Part shown: one piece after another, positions 11,401 through 23,200 of the stretch
How positions within the stretch are numbered: the stretch's first letter is position 1
Layout: every line of letters starts with the position of its first letter
Assembly (NCBI RefSeq): GCF_009914755.1
Contig: NC_060940.1
Origin: the human T2T-CHM13v2.0 reference genome, Homo sapiens
Direction: 5' to 3' (one strand)
DNA: 64,000 nt
Made by a program: the position numbers and the translations under genes
The notes under the pieces: generated by a model
What the model saw: only the letters and a program-made list of their open reading frames with translations
What the model was told of the DNA's origin: nothing
Database searches by the model: none

Positions 11401-13029
11401 GAATGAACAGGTAAAATCTATACGAGGCCCAGAAAAATCCAAGCCCCGAGCTGCTGAGGTGTCAGGGCAGTGGCGCCTGCTGAGCGTGTTAGAAAGGAGG
11501 GAGAAGCAGCAGCTAAGATGATCGCGCCCTGCTGTGTGCCAGGCTCCTCATGTGAGAAGGACCATAGGAATCTCCCGTTTCACAGGTGGGCACACCAAGG
11601 CCCGACAATGGGTCCAGGCTGCCAAGGGTGGAGCCGAGATGCAAAGGGGCACCTCAGAGCCTGCATGTCTGGCCAGGCTGGACACAGGCTGGCATGTTCG
11701 CTGCCTGGAAACACCCTCCCAGCAGCCAGCACCCAGCTCTGAAGCTCTGGCTTTGGCTGGGCACCATGCCAGCCCTCGCCACAGCGGCTCCAGACCTCCC
11801 TTTCTCTCCAGGCCTCCCGAGAAAGCCCTTTGCATCTTTTGACTCACCCTGAACAAATGCTCCCTCCCTCTGTCACGTCCGCCCTCCCCTGCCCACGCTC
11901 TCTAGGGGCCTGCCCAGAACAGCTCCTAAATCATCCCGCCTGCCTCCTCCCGCCGGCTTCCTCCTGGGCGCCCGCCCACCCTCCCCAGGCTCTGCCCTGT
12001 TCCCAGGATGGCCTGGAGCAGAGCCAGCCCAGAGATGGGGAGAGAAGAAAACCAGCCAGCGCCCCGCAGAAGGGCTGCGTGAGGAGTCCCGGCGGCCTGA
12101 GTCCCCCCAGCCTGCAGAGCCCACAGCCCTGTCCGCCGGCTGGTATGTCCTCTGAGTTTCAAGATGCTCTGGGGATTTTTCTGCTTTTTACCCCTGAGCT
12201 TGCTGCTTCTAGAACCTTCTCTTGGATATGAACAAGGCTGATGAAAGCTTCAGCCCCAAGTGGCCTGTTTCCAGCCTCAGTCTGTCCACTTCATTTGGAA
12301 AACTCACTGGGACCCCATGAGCAGGAGGCAGGACATCAGCAGGCCCGTCCTTCCTTGCCCCTGCCCGTCTCCTCCCCAGTTCCCCAAGTCCATGGAGGCA
12401 GGAGGATAACACGCTGTCCTGCTCACTCAGCCTCTCCCTGCTGCCCAGGCACTGGGGCGGGGGGAGTTGGGAGTGGGCGGCCGTGTTGTTTGGAGAGACA
12501 GGAAATATTAGGCCGTGGCCCAGCGCAGACAGGCCCTGTCTTGAACTCCAGCACAGAGTGGATGTGCTGCAATTGTAATGCAAAAACACCTCTGATTAGT
12601 TGTTTCCACACCCCTTCCACCTCCCCAGCACCCAAGTCTAGTTCCATGCTGGGTGGAGGAGCCGCTGTCCCGGATGCTCTCCGCTCCTCTGCCTGCCAAC
12701 ACCTTCCACTGCCTGGCCACTGCCAGAGGCAGCTGCCCACCACCTGGAGCCATGGAGGAGAGCAGTTGGCTGAACGGGCAGCTTCCTCCTCCCTCCGATT
12801 GGGAGCAGGATTTCTGCTCAGTTCAGGACGTTCAGGCCATTCTCAGGACCCCACAACGGGGCAGGATGGATGTCCGGACGCTACACAAGTGGGAGGCCAC
12901 AGGCCCCCGTGGGGACTTGACCCAGGAGTGGGTGAGGGTGGCGGCAGGGGAGGCTGTCTGGGAAGCGCAGGTCAGGGCCATGGGCTGGGCGGTTGCCTGT
13001 TTCCTGTCTGTGTGTGAGATGGGGGTGCC

Positions 13030-13180
13030 CTCTCCAGGGAGCCCGTGAAGGTCAGAGAGAGACAGAGAGCAACAAAGAGACAGCGTGAGATGGTCATGGA
13101 GAGAGACAGAGGAAGACACCCAGGCAGAGAACAGAGTGACAGGTCCAGAGAGAGAGAGCAAACGTGAAAAGCAGAGCAAG
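13030..13180. repeat. GA-rich low-complexity tract
   Basis: Repeated agagagagacagag motifs. Confidence 0.6.
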
Positions 13181-14289
13181 GACCAAGAGACGGGGGCTCC
13201 CCTCCAGCTGGGTGGGTGGGAAGAGGGTGCAGAGAGGCATGGGCAGATGGAAAAGGAGACAGGCCAATGTCCCAGGGAGCCCCCTTGCCCCTGTCCCCCA
13301 TCTCCTCTGTGAAGTCCTGGGGGGAGACTTGATTTCCCACACACTGGGGCAGGGGCTCAGATGCCTCCTCTCAGCCCCCTGGCAAAGCAGACACTTTTCT
13401 CCCCTTTTGCACTGGGGGAAGCAGATAGCAGCTCAGAGAGGTAGACTGGAGGGCCCAGGGCCACACAGCAGGGCGCTCAGGCTGCGACCCCCGCTCCCAC
13501 CCTTGGCACTCAAGTGACACTCAGTGTCTACTCGCTGATGCAGGTGCTGAGCCGTCTCCTGCGGGCGGTGTGTCCCCAAGGCAAGGCAGAGTGCATGGCA
13601 CGTGTATCTCCTCGCATGGACCCTGCCTGGAACATGTGGTCTCTGCTGGCCCAGGCTTGTCACGGTACTAAATCTGGAGACTGAGCCCTCTGCCTCTGTC
13701 TGCCCCCCGCCGCTGCCTCCAGCTTCTGGAGCTGTCATGTTGAGTTCACGAGGTTCCAAAGTCACCTTCCATGCAGGGAGCCTTCGGGTTCTGACTCAGC
13801 CTGGGGCCTCCCCGGAGCACCAGGGTGCGGGAGGCACCACCTGCCATCTGGCCCCCTCTGGAGGACGCGCGTCAGCCTCACACCTGCATCGCCTTTGCCC
13901 CGCTTCCCTGGGGACTGGTGGCCCTGGGCTGTGGGACTGCAATGTGGAGGAAGGCGCACATCCCCTGCTGCCCTCCTGAAGGTCTGATTTAAATTCAGGA
14001 GCTTCCCCTGGGATCCTCCTCCTCCAGCCCGCATAGAAGGAGGTGTGAGGCTTCTGGAAGCAAATGAGCCCCGCAGACCAGGGGCTGCCCCTTAGAGTCA
14101 CAAAATCCTGGGGCCTGGGCTCCACCCTACAGACCAGTTAGTTCCGAATCGTGGGGGTGGGGTTGGGGGTGGGGGCTGCAGACCTTGGTGTATTCTCAGA
14201 GCTTCCAGGTGATTCTGTGCAGGAGAGGACCCTAGGGAAGACGCACCTTGGTATTCTGGGGTATCTTGGAGCTAGGTCTCCAAGGTTCG

Positions 14290-14400
14290 GACCCCGATGA
14301 GTGATGTTGTCTCTCAGTACCTCAGTTTCCTCATCTGCAAAATGGGCGTGATGGGATCACAGGTTCCCAGGATGGTTGTGAGCACTGGGTGAGATGAAGT
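14290..14400 (+). mobile_element. MIR fragment
   Basis: cctcagtttcctcatctgcaaaatggg...ggttgtgag. Confidence 0.75.
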
Positions 14401-14984
14401 GAGCAGGTGAAGAATTCAGGCGTCTTTGGGGAAGTGGAGAAGGAATGTTAACATGTCGTGATTTGCAGTGGCAAAACCTGGGACACTGAGGCCTGAGGGG
14501 TCGCAGAGCTCCCAGGGGTTAGAGCAGGCGAGAGCCCAGTCCCTCCTGAGCAGGAGGTGGAGGGGAAGTGTGCCAGCTCCCAGTCAGCAGGTCTGGGTCC
14601 AGTACCGCCTGTCTGCTTGATGTCTGTGGGTAAGTAGCTGTGCCCTGCTGCTATCTGTAGACTGGGGATACCCCTGCAACCCCCTGAGGCTGTGGTGAGG
14701 ATAGATGGAGGTAAAGCGTGGGAGAACTGCCTAGGACATGGCCACACATGGCCAAATAATGATGATGTTCCCGCATAATCCGACAAACCGCTGCATGACT
14801 CTGGACCTCAGTTTCCCCAGCTATAAAGTGGGATAGGTTAGGATCGAGGGGCTCATTTCAGATGCTACAACTTTAGTGTCAGAGCCAGGAGAGAGAATGT
14901 AACTTTACAGCCCAGCTCTGGGTTCCTGGGCTGGAAGAAAATGTCACTTTCTGTTCACGTGGTCCTTACATGGTCCCGCACAGA

Positions 14985-15375
14985 GAATGTGTGTGGGTGC
15001 ATGTGTACACGTGCACATGTGTAGACATGTATAATGCATGTCGAGTGCGCACCGACATGTGTGGTATGTTTGCGTAGACATGTATAATGCATGTCGAGTG
15101 TGTATCCACATGCGTTGTATGTTTGTGTGTGCCTCTGGGTGTGTGTGTAGCATGTGCATATGTGTGTACATTGTGTAAGTACTTGTGTGTGGTTGGCAGA
15201 CATTGGCAGACACATATGCATGTGCAGTGTGTTATATATTACATGCACATGTGTATGTGTATGTGGTGTGTACATGTGTGTGTGAGGATGCATAGGATTG
15301 CACATACACGTGGCTTGTGTGTGTCTGTATTGTGTGCATATGACCGTATAGATGTGCACGTGTGATGTGTGTGGT
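14985..15375. repeat. (TG/CATG)-rich degenerate dinucleotide repeat
   Basis: Alternating purine-pyrimidine tract; 27-bp direct repeat gtagacatgtataatgcatgtcgagtg at 15021 and 15074. Confidence 0.9.
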
Positions 15376-15814
15376 GCTGTGGGGAGCCCTCCAGGGTTTC
15401 ATCACTGTCAGCTCCTGACCCTGCACCCATGGTAGGCTGCCTGGTCTGCTGGGCTCCCCCAGCACAGAGTCCTCTCAGGCCGCCCCGAGTGGGGCCCTCT
15501 GCACGTGGAAAGGTGGGCTTCCGGGGGGGTTCAGTCCACGGGGGCTCCACGGCCTTCAGAGTGTCTAATTGTGAAATATTTAATGCATTCCAAAAAGTAG
15601 AAAGAATAATACAGCCAGCACCCACATGCCCCACCAGCTTCAGGAAGAGAACGTTGCTGATGCGGTTGTACCTTGTCCCTAGTTTCACAGCCCCCATCCT
15701 TGCGGGCTTTCAGAAGCCCCTGCAGGCCCCTGGGTAAACCGACCAGTTTCCTAAGCTGCCTGCCTGCTTTCTTTGCCTGTAAAGTGGGGATATAGCAGTA
15801 CCAAGCTTCGTGTC

Positions 15815-15935
15815 CTCAGCACATGTTTATTGAGCACCTACTGTGTGCCAATCACTGCCGTAGGCGTGGGGGATGCCGCAGACGGTGAAACGGGCAAGGA
15901 TACCTACACTTGGCGGGGTGCACATTCTGCTGAGT
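15815..15935 (-). mobile_element. L2 3' tail fragment
   Basis: catgtttattgagcacctactgtgtgcca. Confidence 0.65.
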
Positions 15936-16424
15936 TTGGGGGAAGAATGGATTAGGAATCTGTGCTTCGCTCCTAGAAGAGCCCCTGGCAGGTGGTGAGT
16001 GTTCCGTGAGTGAGGGCTGCGGTTATCATGATTAATATTACCATTAATATTGCTGAGAAGTCAAGACTGGCCAGGGCAGACCCTGGGCCCCAGGCCACTG
16101 CACACCCAGCTACAGGGGGCTGTGCCCTGGAGCTGCGCCCCATGGAGTGTGACCTGCCAAGTCACACTGGGCGCACAGCAGCCCCTGAGCAGGCCCAGCG
16201 CAAACACAGGGGCCTCCTGCAGGGACCTTGTGTCACGGCCACACGGAGCTACTGACTGCTGACACCTGCGTCTTCGCCGCCACACCGGCCCTGCAAATCA
16301 TTAATGCTTATTCTTTCAAAGGCAAAAAAACGGAGAATGATCCGCCAGACGCCCCACAGGCCCTCCCCTCCCTGCTGAGGTTTTGGGATCATCAAAGAGA
16401 TGGGAAAACAGGAAGTGTAGGGTT

Positions 16425-16425
<1 letters not shown>

Positions 16426-16455
<30 letters not shown>

Positions 16456-17088
16456 TGTGTGTGTGTGTTTCTGTGTATGATTTTGTGTGTGTGATTATAT
16501 GTCTGTGTGTGTCGTGTTTCTGTGTACTGTGTGTGCTTTCGTGTATGTCTGTATGTGTATCTCTGTGGCCGTGTGTGTTGCATGTATGTCTTTGTGTGTG
16601 TCTCTGCATGTGGTTGTATGTCCGTGTGTTGTATGTCTCTGTGTGTAGTTTTGTGTTGTGTGGGTGTGTTGTGTGTGTCTGTGTGGTTGTGAGCCTGTGT
16701 GTTTTGTATGTCTGTGTGTGTGTTGTGTGTGGTTGTGTACCTGTGTGATGCATGCGTCTGTGTATGAGTGTATGTCTATGTGTTGTATGTCTCTGTGTGT
16801 CTGTGTTGTGTGTGTCTCTGTGTCTGTGTATGTTGCGTGTGTCTCTGTGTGTTTTTGTGTGTTCGTATGTGTTGTATGTGTCTGTGTCTCTGTGTGGTGT
16901 GTCTCTGTATGTGGTTGTGCACGTGTGTCTCTGTGATGTGTGTGTCTCTGTGTGTGTGGTGTGTGTCTCTGTATGATTTTGTGTCTGTGTGTGATTATGT
17001 GTTTGCGTGTGGTGTGTGTGTCTCTGGGTCTGTGTATGTTGTGTGTGTCTCTGTGTGTGATTGTGGGTCTGTGTGTCTGTGTGTGTGC
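16426..17088. repeat. (TG)n-rich degenerate microsatellite, ~660 bp
   Basis: Pure (TG)13 at 16426 followed by tgtgtc/tgtgtt/tgtatg variants. Confidence 0.95.
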
Positions 17089-17359
17089 GGAAGGGGTCAA
17101 AATGGAGACCTAGCTTTGACCTTGCGCATCTGTGTGTGTGAGAGGAGGCAGCCGGCAAGGTTGGTTTGAGCATCTACATCAGTGCGGGTGCAGATCCAGA
17201 GACCCCACCCACGAAGACCTCCGCGTGGAGGCCAAACCACGAAAGCCCAAATCAGCGGACATGGTGCTGGGGTCCGCAGCTTGGGCTTTCTGAGGCCCAG
17301 CTGGGTGGGTGCGGTGCGGGGAGGGGCGATGGGGGCCCCCGCCCGGCAGGAGAGGGAGT

Positions 17360-17510
17360 GAGGCCAACGTCATGCGTTATTCAGCGGCTCCTGATTTCAC
17401 ATTATTCTCCCTGATACGTTTACAACCTGTCAGTAAATAAAAAGATTCTACATTATTTATAGAAATGGAGCAGAATTGGCCAGGAAGATTTAGTACTGCT
17501 ATTATCAGGG
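17360..17510. promoter_or_regulatory. Candidate enhancer (forkhead/MEIS cluster)
   Basis: GTTTAC 17418, CTGTCA 17427 and GTAAATA 17433 packed into 22 bp of an AT-rich island. Confidence 0.35.
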
Positions 17511-17968
17511 AGTACCCGGGCCATCAGAGTGGGTGGGGTGGGTGGGGCACCAGGGGTGGGGGCAGAAAGAGAAAGATGCTGCTGCCCCAGCGGGACCGGA
17601 GCTCGGGGGCTCTGGATGGGCCTGCTGACCCCAAGAGGGGACACAGTTGCTTCCCTTGGGGCACCTCCCGCAAAGTCAGGCACCAGGGGCCAGGAGAATG
17701 AGCCGGCCCAGAGGGCTTGGGAGGGCAGGGTGGAGGCAGGGGACTTCTACCTGTGGGGCGGCCCATCCAGGTGAGGGCCAACACTCTGCCGAGGCCAGGG
17801 TGGGGTCCCCAGGCTGGGACAAGTGGCTGAGGCCCAAATGAGCCATATATAAGAGCTTCTAACTGCTGCTGAGTGTTTATTGAGCACCTGCTGTGTACAC
17901 GCAGCACTGCACGCCGGTTACTGGGGTTGATACCCGTCCATGCTGCTACTGTGGGGGAGGGCCGAGAG

Positions 17969-18270
17969 CAGTGTTTCTCAATCTGGGTTCCACCATTCCT
18001 GACGGGAATGTCTAAACATGTGCTTTCCGTGTTCCCAGCCATCTAACTGTGCCTGGTGTGAGCCTGTGCTGGTTACTGGGCAGCCCCGCTGTGAGTGGGC
18101 ACTTCTGGGGGATCCAGGTATGAGTCTGCAGGTGCAGCTCAGTGTCTGGAGCTCGCCCTGAGGGACAGCAGCTGCGCTCCATGCCAGGTTTTCAGAACTG
18201 GAGCCCGGAGACGTTGGAGGCCCAACCATTTCCTCACAAGTCGTTCTGTTCCCAAGTTTGAGAACCACTG
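17969..18270. mobile_element. hAT-Charlie non-autonomous DNA transposon (MER5/Charlie-type ends)
   Basis: Terminal inverted repeats cagtgtttctcaa (17969) and ttgagaaccactg (to 18270); 8-bp TSD gccgagag / gcccagag (7/8). Confidence 0.6.
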
Positions 18271-18774
18271 GCCCAGAGAGGGTAGCATCCTGTGCCGTTT
18301 GTCCCGGAACGCAGCTTACGGCACACTCTGGGTGCCCTGCGATGTCTGGGCTGTGTCCATAGGAACCTTGCGGCCTGGCGGGAGGTGAGATAAGCTGGTG
18401 GGTACTGAAGCCGGAGCGGCCTGTCCACCGGGCCACCGTGTTTTCCATCCTGAACCCAAGACGCTGAGAAGCTCGGGGGAGAGGAGTCGCCAGTGGGATG
18501 TCTGGTTGGAGAAGCTGCCAGGAAGGGGGACTCGAGAGAGCCTGGGAGGAGGAGGTTTGCAGAAGGGAGCGCACAGCCTCAAGAACGGGGCTGAGCGAAT
18601 AGGGAAGGTCATGGTGGTTTCTCTGAGGGCCGGGGCCATGCTGAGTCCCAAAGCTGAGGCTGGAGATGGGAGAGTGGACCCAGAGAGAGTGGCCTGCAAG
18701 CCATGTGGAGCCGGGGCTGGGACATCACAGGGCGGCACTTTGAAGAGAGCTTGTCGGGAGCGCGGCGCTGGGCC

Positions 18775-19585
18775 TGCCAGTTACCTCTGGCTGCCTAACA
18801 GATTGCCCCAAGGCCAGGCATGGTGGCTCACACCTGTAATCCTAGCATTTCAGGAGGCTGAGGCGGGAGGTTCACTTGAGCCCAGGAGTTCAAGACCAGC
18901 CTGGACAACATAGTGAAACCCTGTCTCTACAAAAAATACAAAAGTTATCCGGGTGTGGCTCCTGTAGTCCCAGTTACTTGGGAGGCTGGGGCGGGAGGAT
19001 CACCTGAGCCAGGGGAGATGGGGCCTGCAGTGAGCTTTGATTGTGCCACTGCATGTCAGCCTAGGTGACAGTGAAAGACCCTGACTCAAAAAAAAAAAAA
19101 ATTGCCCCAAAACTTCGTGGCTCCAGACGCCATTTATTATCCCACAGCATGTGCAGGTCAGGGATCCGGATCCAGCTTAGCCGGGCCTCCTGGGTATCAG
19201 CCTTCCCCAGCTGAAGGCTTGGCTGGGGAAGGATCTACTCCCAAGCCCTCTCCCATGGTTGCTGGGGGGGGGACTCAGTTCCTCTGGGCCGTGGGATAGA
19301 GGCCTCAGTTCCTTGCCGGATGCTGGCTGGAAGCCACGCTGAGCTCACCACAGGGATCCTGTGCTATCAGGCAAGCCAGGGTGCGGGGGAGGGTAAGAGA
19401 GGGCACACGCAATGGCAACCACAGTCTGTAACCGACCCCGGAAGCGAGCCCCCTCACCTGTGCCATGTTCCATTCATTAGGGGCAAGTCACCAGGTCCAG
19501 CCCACACTTAAAGGGCGGGGGCCACCCAGGGGCATGACCACCAGGAGGCGTGGTCATTGGGGGCTCGTCAAAGCTGCCCCCAACA
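18775..19585 (-). mobile_element. MLT1 (F/G/H-like) LTR interrupted by AluJ
   Basis: ggctgcctaacagattgccccaa|aacttcgtggc...catttattatcccacag...ggcttggctggggaaggatctactcccaag...gtcaccaggtccagcccacact. Confidence 0.7.
18812..19100 (+). mobile_element. AluJ, full length
   Basis: cacttgagcccaggagttcaagacc (J-type); TSD attgccccaa at 18802-18811 and 19101-19110. Confidence 0.96.
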
Positions 19586-19655
19586 CTGAGTGTTCGGAGA
19601 ATGAGGGTCTCTTGGTTGGTTAAGTTTGTTAATGAATGTGCCTTGTGACTCTTCA

Positions 19656-20264
<609 letters not shown>

Positions 20265-20285
<21 letters not shown>

Positions 20286-23200
20286 CACTGTTACACTCAG
20301 GGCCCCCCTGGATAATCCACACCGTTACACTCAGGGCCCCCCGGATAATCCTCACCGTTACACTCAGGGCCCCCCTGGATAATCCTCACCGTTACACTCA
20401 GGGCCCCCCCGGATAATTCTCACTGTTACACTCAGGGCTCCCCCAGATAATTCTCACTGTTACACTCAGGCCCCCCGGATAATCCTCACTCTTACACTCA
20501 GGGCCCCCCGGATAATCCTCACCGTTACACTCAGGGCCCCCCTGGATAATCCTCACTGTTACACTCAGGGCCCCCCTGGATAATCCTCACTGTTACACTC
20601 AGGCCCCCCGGATAATCCTCACTGTTACACTCAGGCCCCCCGGATAATCCTCACCGTTACACTCAGGGCCCCCCCGGATAATCCTCACTGTTACTCTCAG
20701 GCCCCCCTGGATAATCCTCACTGTTACTCTCAGGCCCCCCTGGATAATCCTCACTGTTACTCTCAGGGCCCCCCTGGATAATCCTCACTGTTACACTCAG
20801 GCCCCCCGGATAATCCTCACCATTACACTCAGGGCCCCCCTGGATAATCCTCGCTGTTACTCTCAGGGCCCCCTGGATAATCCTCACTGTTACACTCAGG
20901 CCCCCCGGATAATCCTCACCATTACACTCAGGGCCCCCCTGGATAATCCTCGCTGTTACTCTCAGGGCCCCCTGGATAATCCTCACTGTTACACTCAGGC
21001 CCCCCGGATAATCCTCACCATTACACTCAGGGCCCCCCTGGATAATCCTCGCTGTTACTCTCAGGGCCCCCCGGATAATCCTCACTGTTACACTCAGGCC
21101 CCCCGGATAATCCTCACCGTTACACTCAGGGCCCCCCCGGATAATCCTCACCGTTACACTCAGGGCCCCCCTGGATAATCCTCACTGTTACTCTCAGGCC
21201 CCCCTGGATAATCCTCACTGTTACTCTCAGGCCCCCCTGGATAATCCTCACTGTTGCACTCAGGGCCCCCCGGATAATCCTCACTGTTACTCTCAGGGCC
21301 CCCCTGGATAATCCTCACTGTTACACTCAGGCCCCCCGGATAATCCTCACTGTTACACTCAGGCCCCCCGGATAATCCTCACTATTACACTCAGGCCCCC
21401 CGGATAATCCTCACTGTTACACTCAGGCCCCCCTGGATAATCCTCACTGTTACACTCAGGCCCCCCGGATAATCCTCACCGTTACACTCAGGGCCCCCCC
21501 GGATAATCCTCACTGTTGCACTCAGGGCCCCCTGGATACTCCTCGCTGTTACTCTCAGGGCCCCCCTGGATAATCCTCACTGTTACACTCAGGGCCCCCC
21601 GGATAATCCTCACTGTTACTCTCAGGCCCCCCGGATAATCCTCACCGTTACACTCAGGGCCCCCCCGGATAATCCTCACCGTTACACTCAGGGCCCCCCT
21701 GGATAATCCTCACTGTTACACTCAGGCCCCCCGGATAATCCTCACTATTACACTCAGGCCCCCCGGATAATCCTCACTGTTACACTCAGGCCCCCCGGAT
21801 AATCCTCACTGTTACTCTCAGGCCCCCCTGGATAATCCTCACTGTTACACTCAGGCCTCCCGGATAATCCTCACTGTTACACTCAGGGCCCCCCTGGATA
21901 ATCCTCACTGTTACACTCAGGCCCCCCGGATAATCCTCACTATTACACTCAGGCCCCCCGGATAATCCTCACTGTTACACTCAGGCCCCCCGGATAATCC
22001 TCACTGTTACACTCAGGCCCCCCGGATAATCCTCACTGTTACACTCAGGCCCCCCGGATAATCCTCACCGTTACACTCAGGGCCCCCCCGGATAATCCTC
22101 ACTGTTACTCTCAGGCCCCCCGGATAATCCTCACCGTTACACTCAGGGCCCCCCCGGATAATCCTCACTGTTACACTCAGGGCCCCCCTGGATAATCCTC
22201 ACTGTTACTCTCAGGCCCCCCTGGATAATCCTCACTGTTACTCTCAGGCCCCCCTGGATAATCCTCACTGTTACTCTCAGGCCCCCCTGGATAATCCTCA
22301 CCGTTACACTCAGGGCCCCCCTGGATAATCCTCACTGTTACTCTCAGGCCCCCCTGGATAATCCTCACTGTTGCACTCAGGGCCCCCCGGATAATCCTCG
22401 CTGTTACACTCAGGCCCCCCGGATAATCCTCACTGTTACACTCAGGGCCCCCCCGGATAATCCTCACTGTTACTCTCAGGGCCCCCCGGATAATCCTCAC
22501 TGTTACACTCAGGGCCCCCCTGGATAATCCTCACCGTTACACTCAGGCCCCCCGGATAATCCTCACTGTTACACTCAGGGCCCCCCAGATAATCCTCACT
22601 GTTACACTCAGGGCCCCCCGGATAATCCTCACTGTTACACTCAGGGCCCCCCGGATAATCCTCACTGTTACACTCAGGCCCCCCGGATAATCCTCACTGT
22701 TACACTCAGGGCCCCCCGGATAATCCTCACTGTTACACTCAGGCCCCCCGGATAATCCTCACTATTACACTCAGGCCCCCCGGATAATCCTCACTGTTAC
22801 ACTCAGGGCCCCCCCGGATAATCCTCACTGTTACTCTCAGGCCCCCCTGGATAATCCTCACTGTTACTCTCAGGGCCCCCCTGGATAATCCTCACTGTTA
22901 CTCTCAGGCCCCCCTGGATAATCCTCACCGTTACACTCAGGCCCCCCGGATAATCCTCGCTGTTACTCTCAGGGCCCCCCTGGATAATCCTCACTGTTAC
23001 ACTCAGGCCCCCCGGATAATCCTCACTGTTACACTCAGGCCCCCCGGATAATCCTCACTGTTACTCTCAGGCCCCCCGGATAATCCTCACCGTTACACTC
23101 AGGGCCCCCCCGGATAATCCTCACTGTTACACTCAGGGCCCCCCTGGATAATCCTCACTGTTACTCTCAGGCCCCCCTGGATAATCCTCACTGTTACTCT

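Noticed and set aside
12241-13017. 258-aa ATG ORF
   Set aside because: Low-complexity Pro/Gly/Ser/Ala composition, no protein family resemblance, no supporting exon structure
16316-17173. His/Thr-rich and Cys/Val-rich ORFs
   Set aside because: Translations of TG/CA repeats; the same applies to 14944-15365 and 54349-54969
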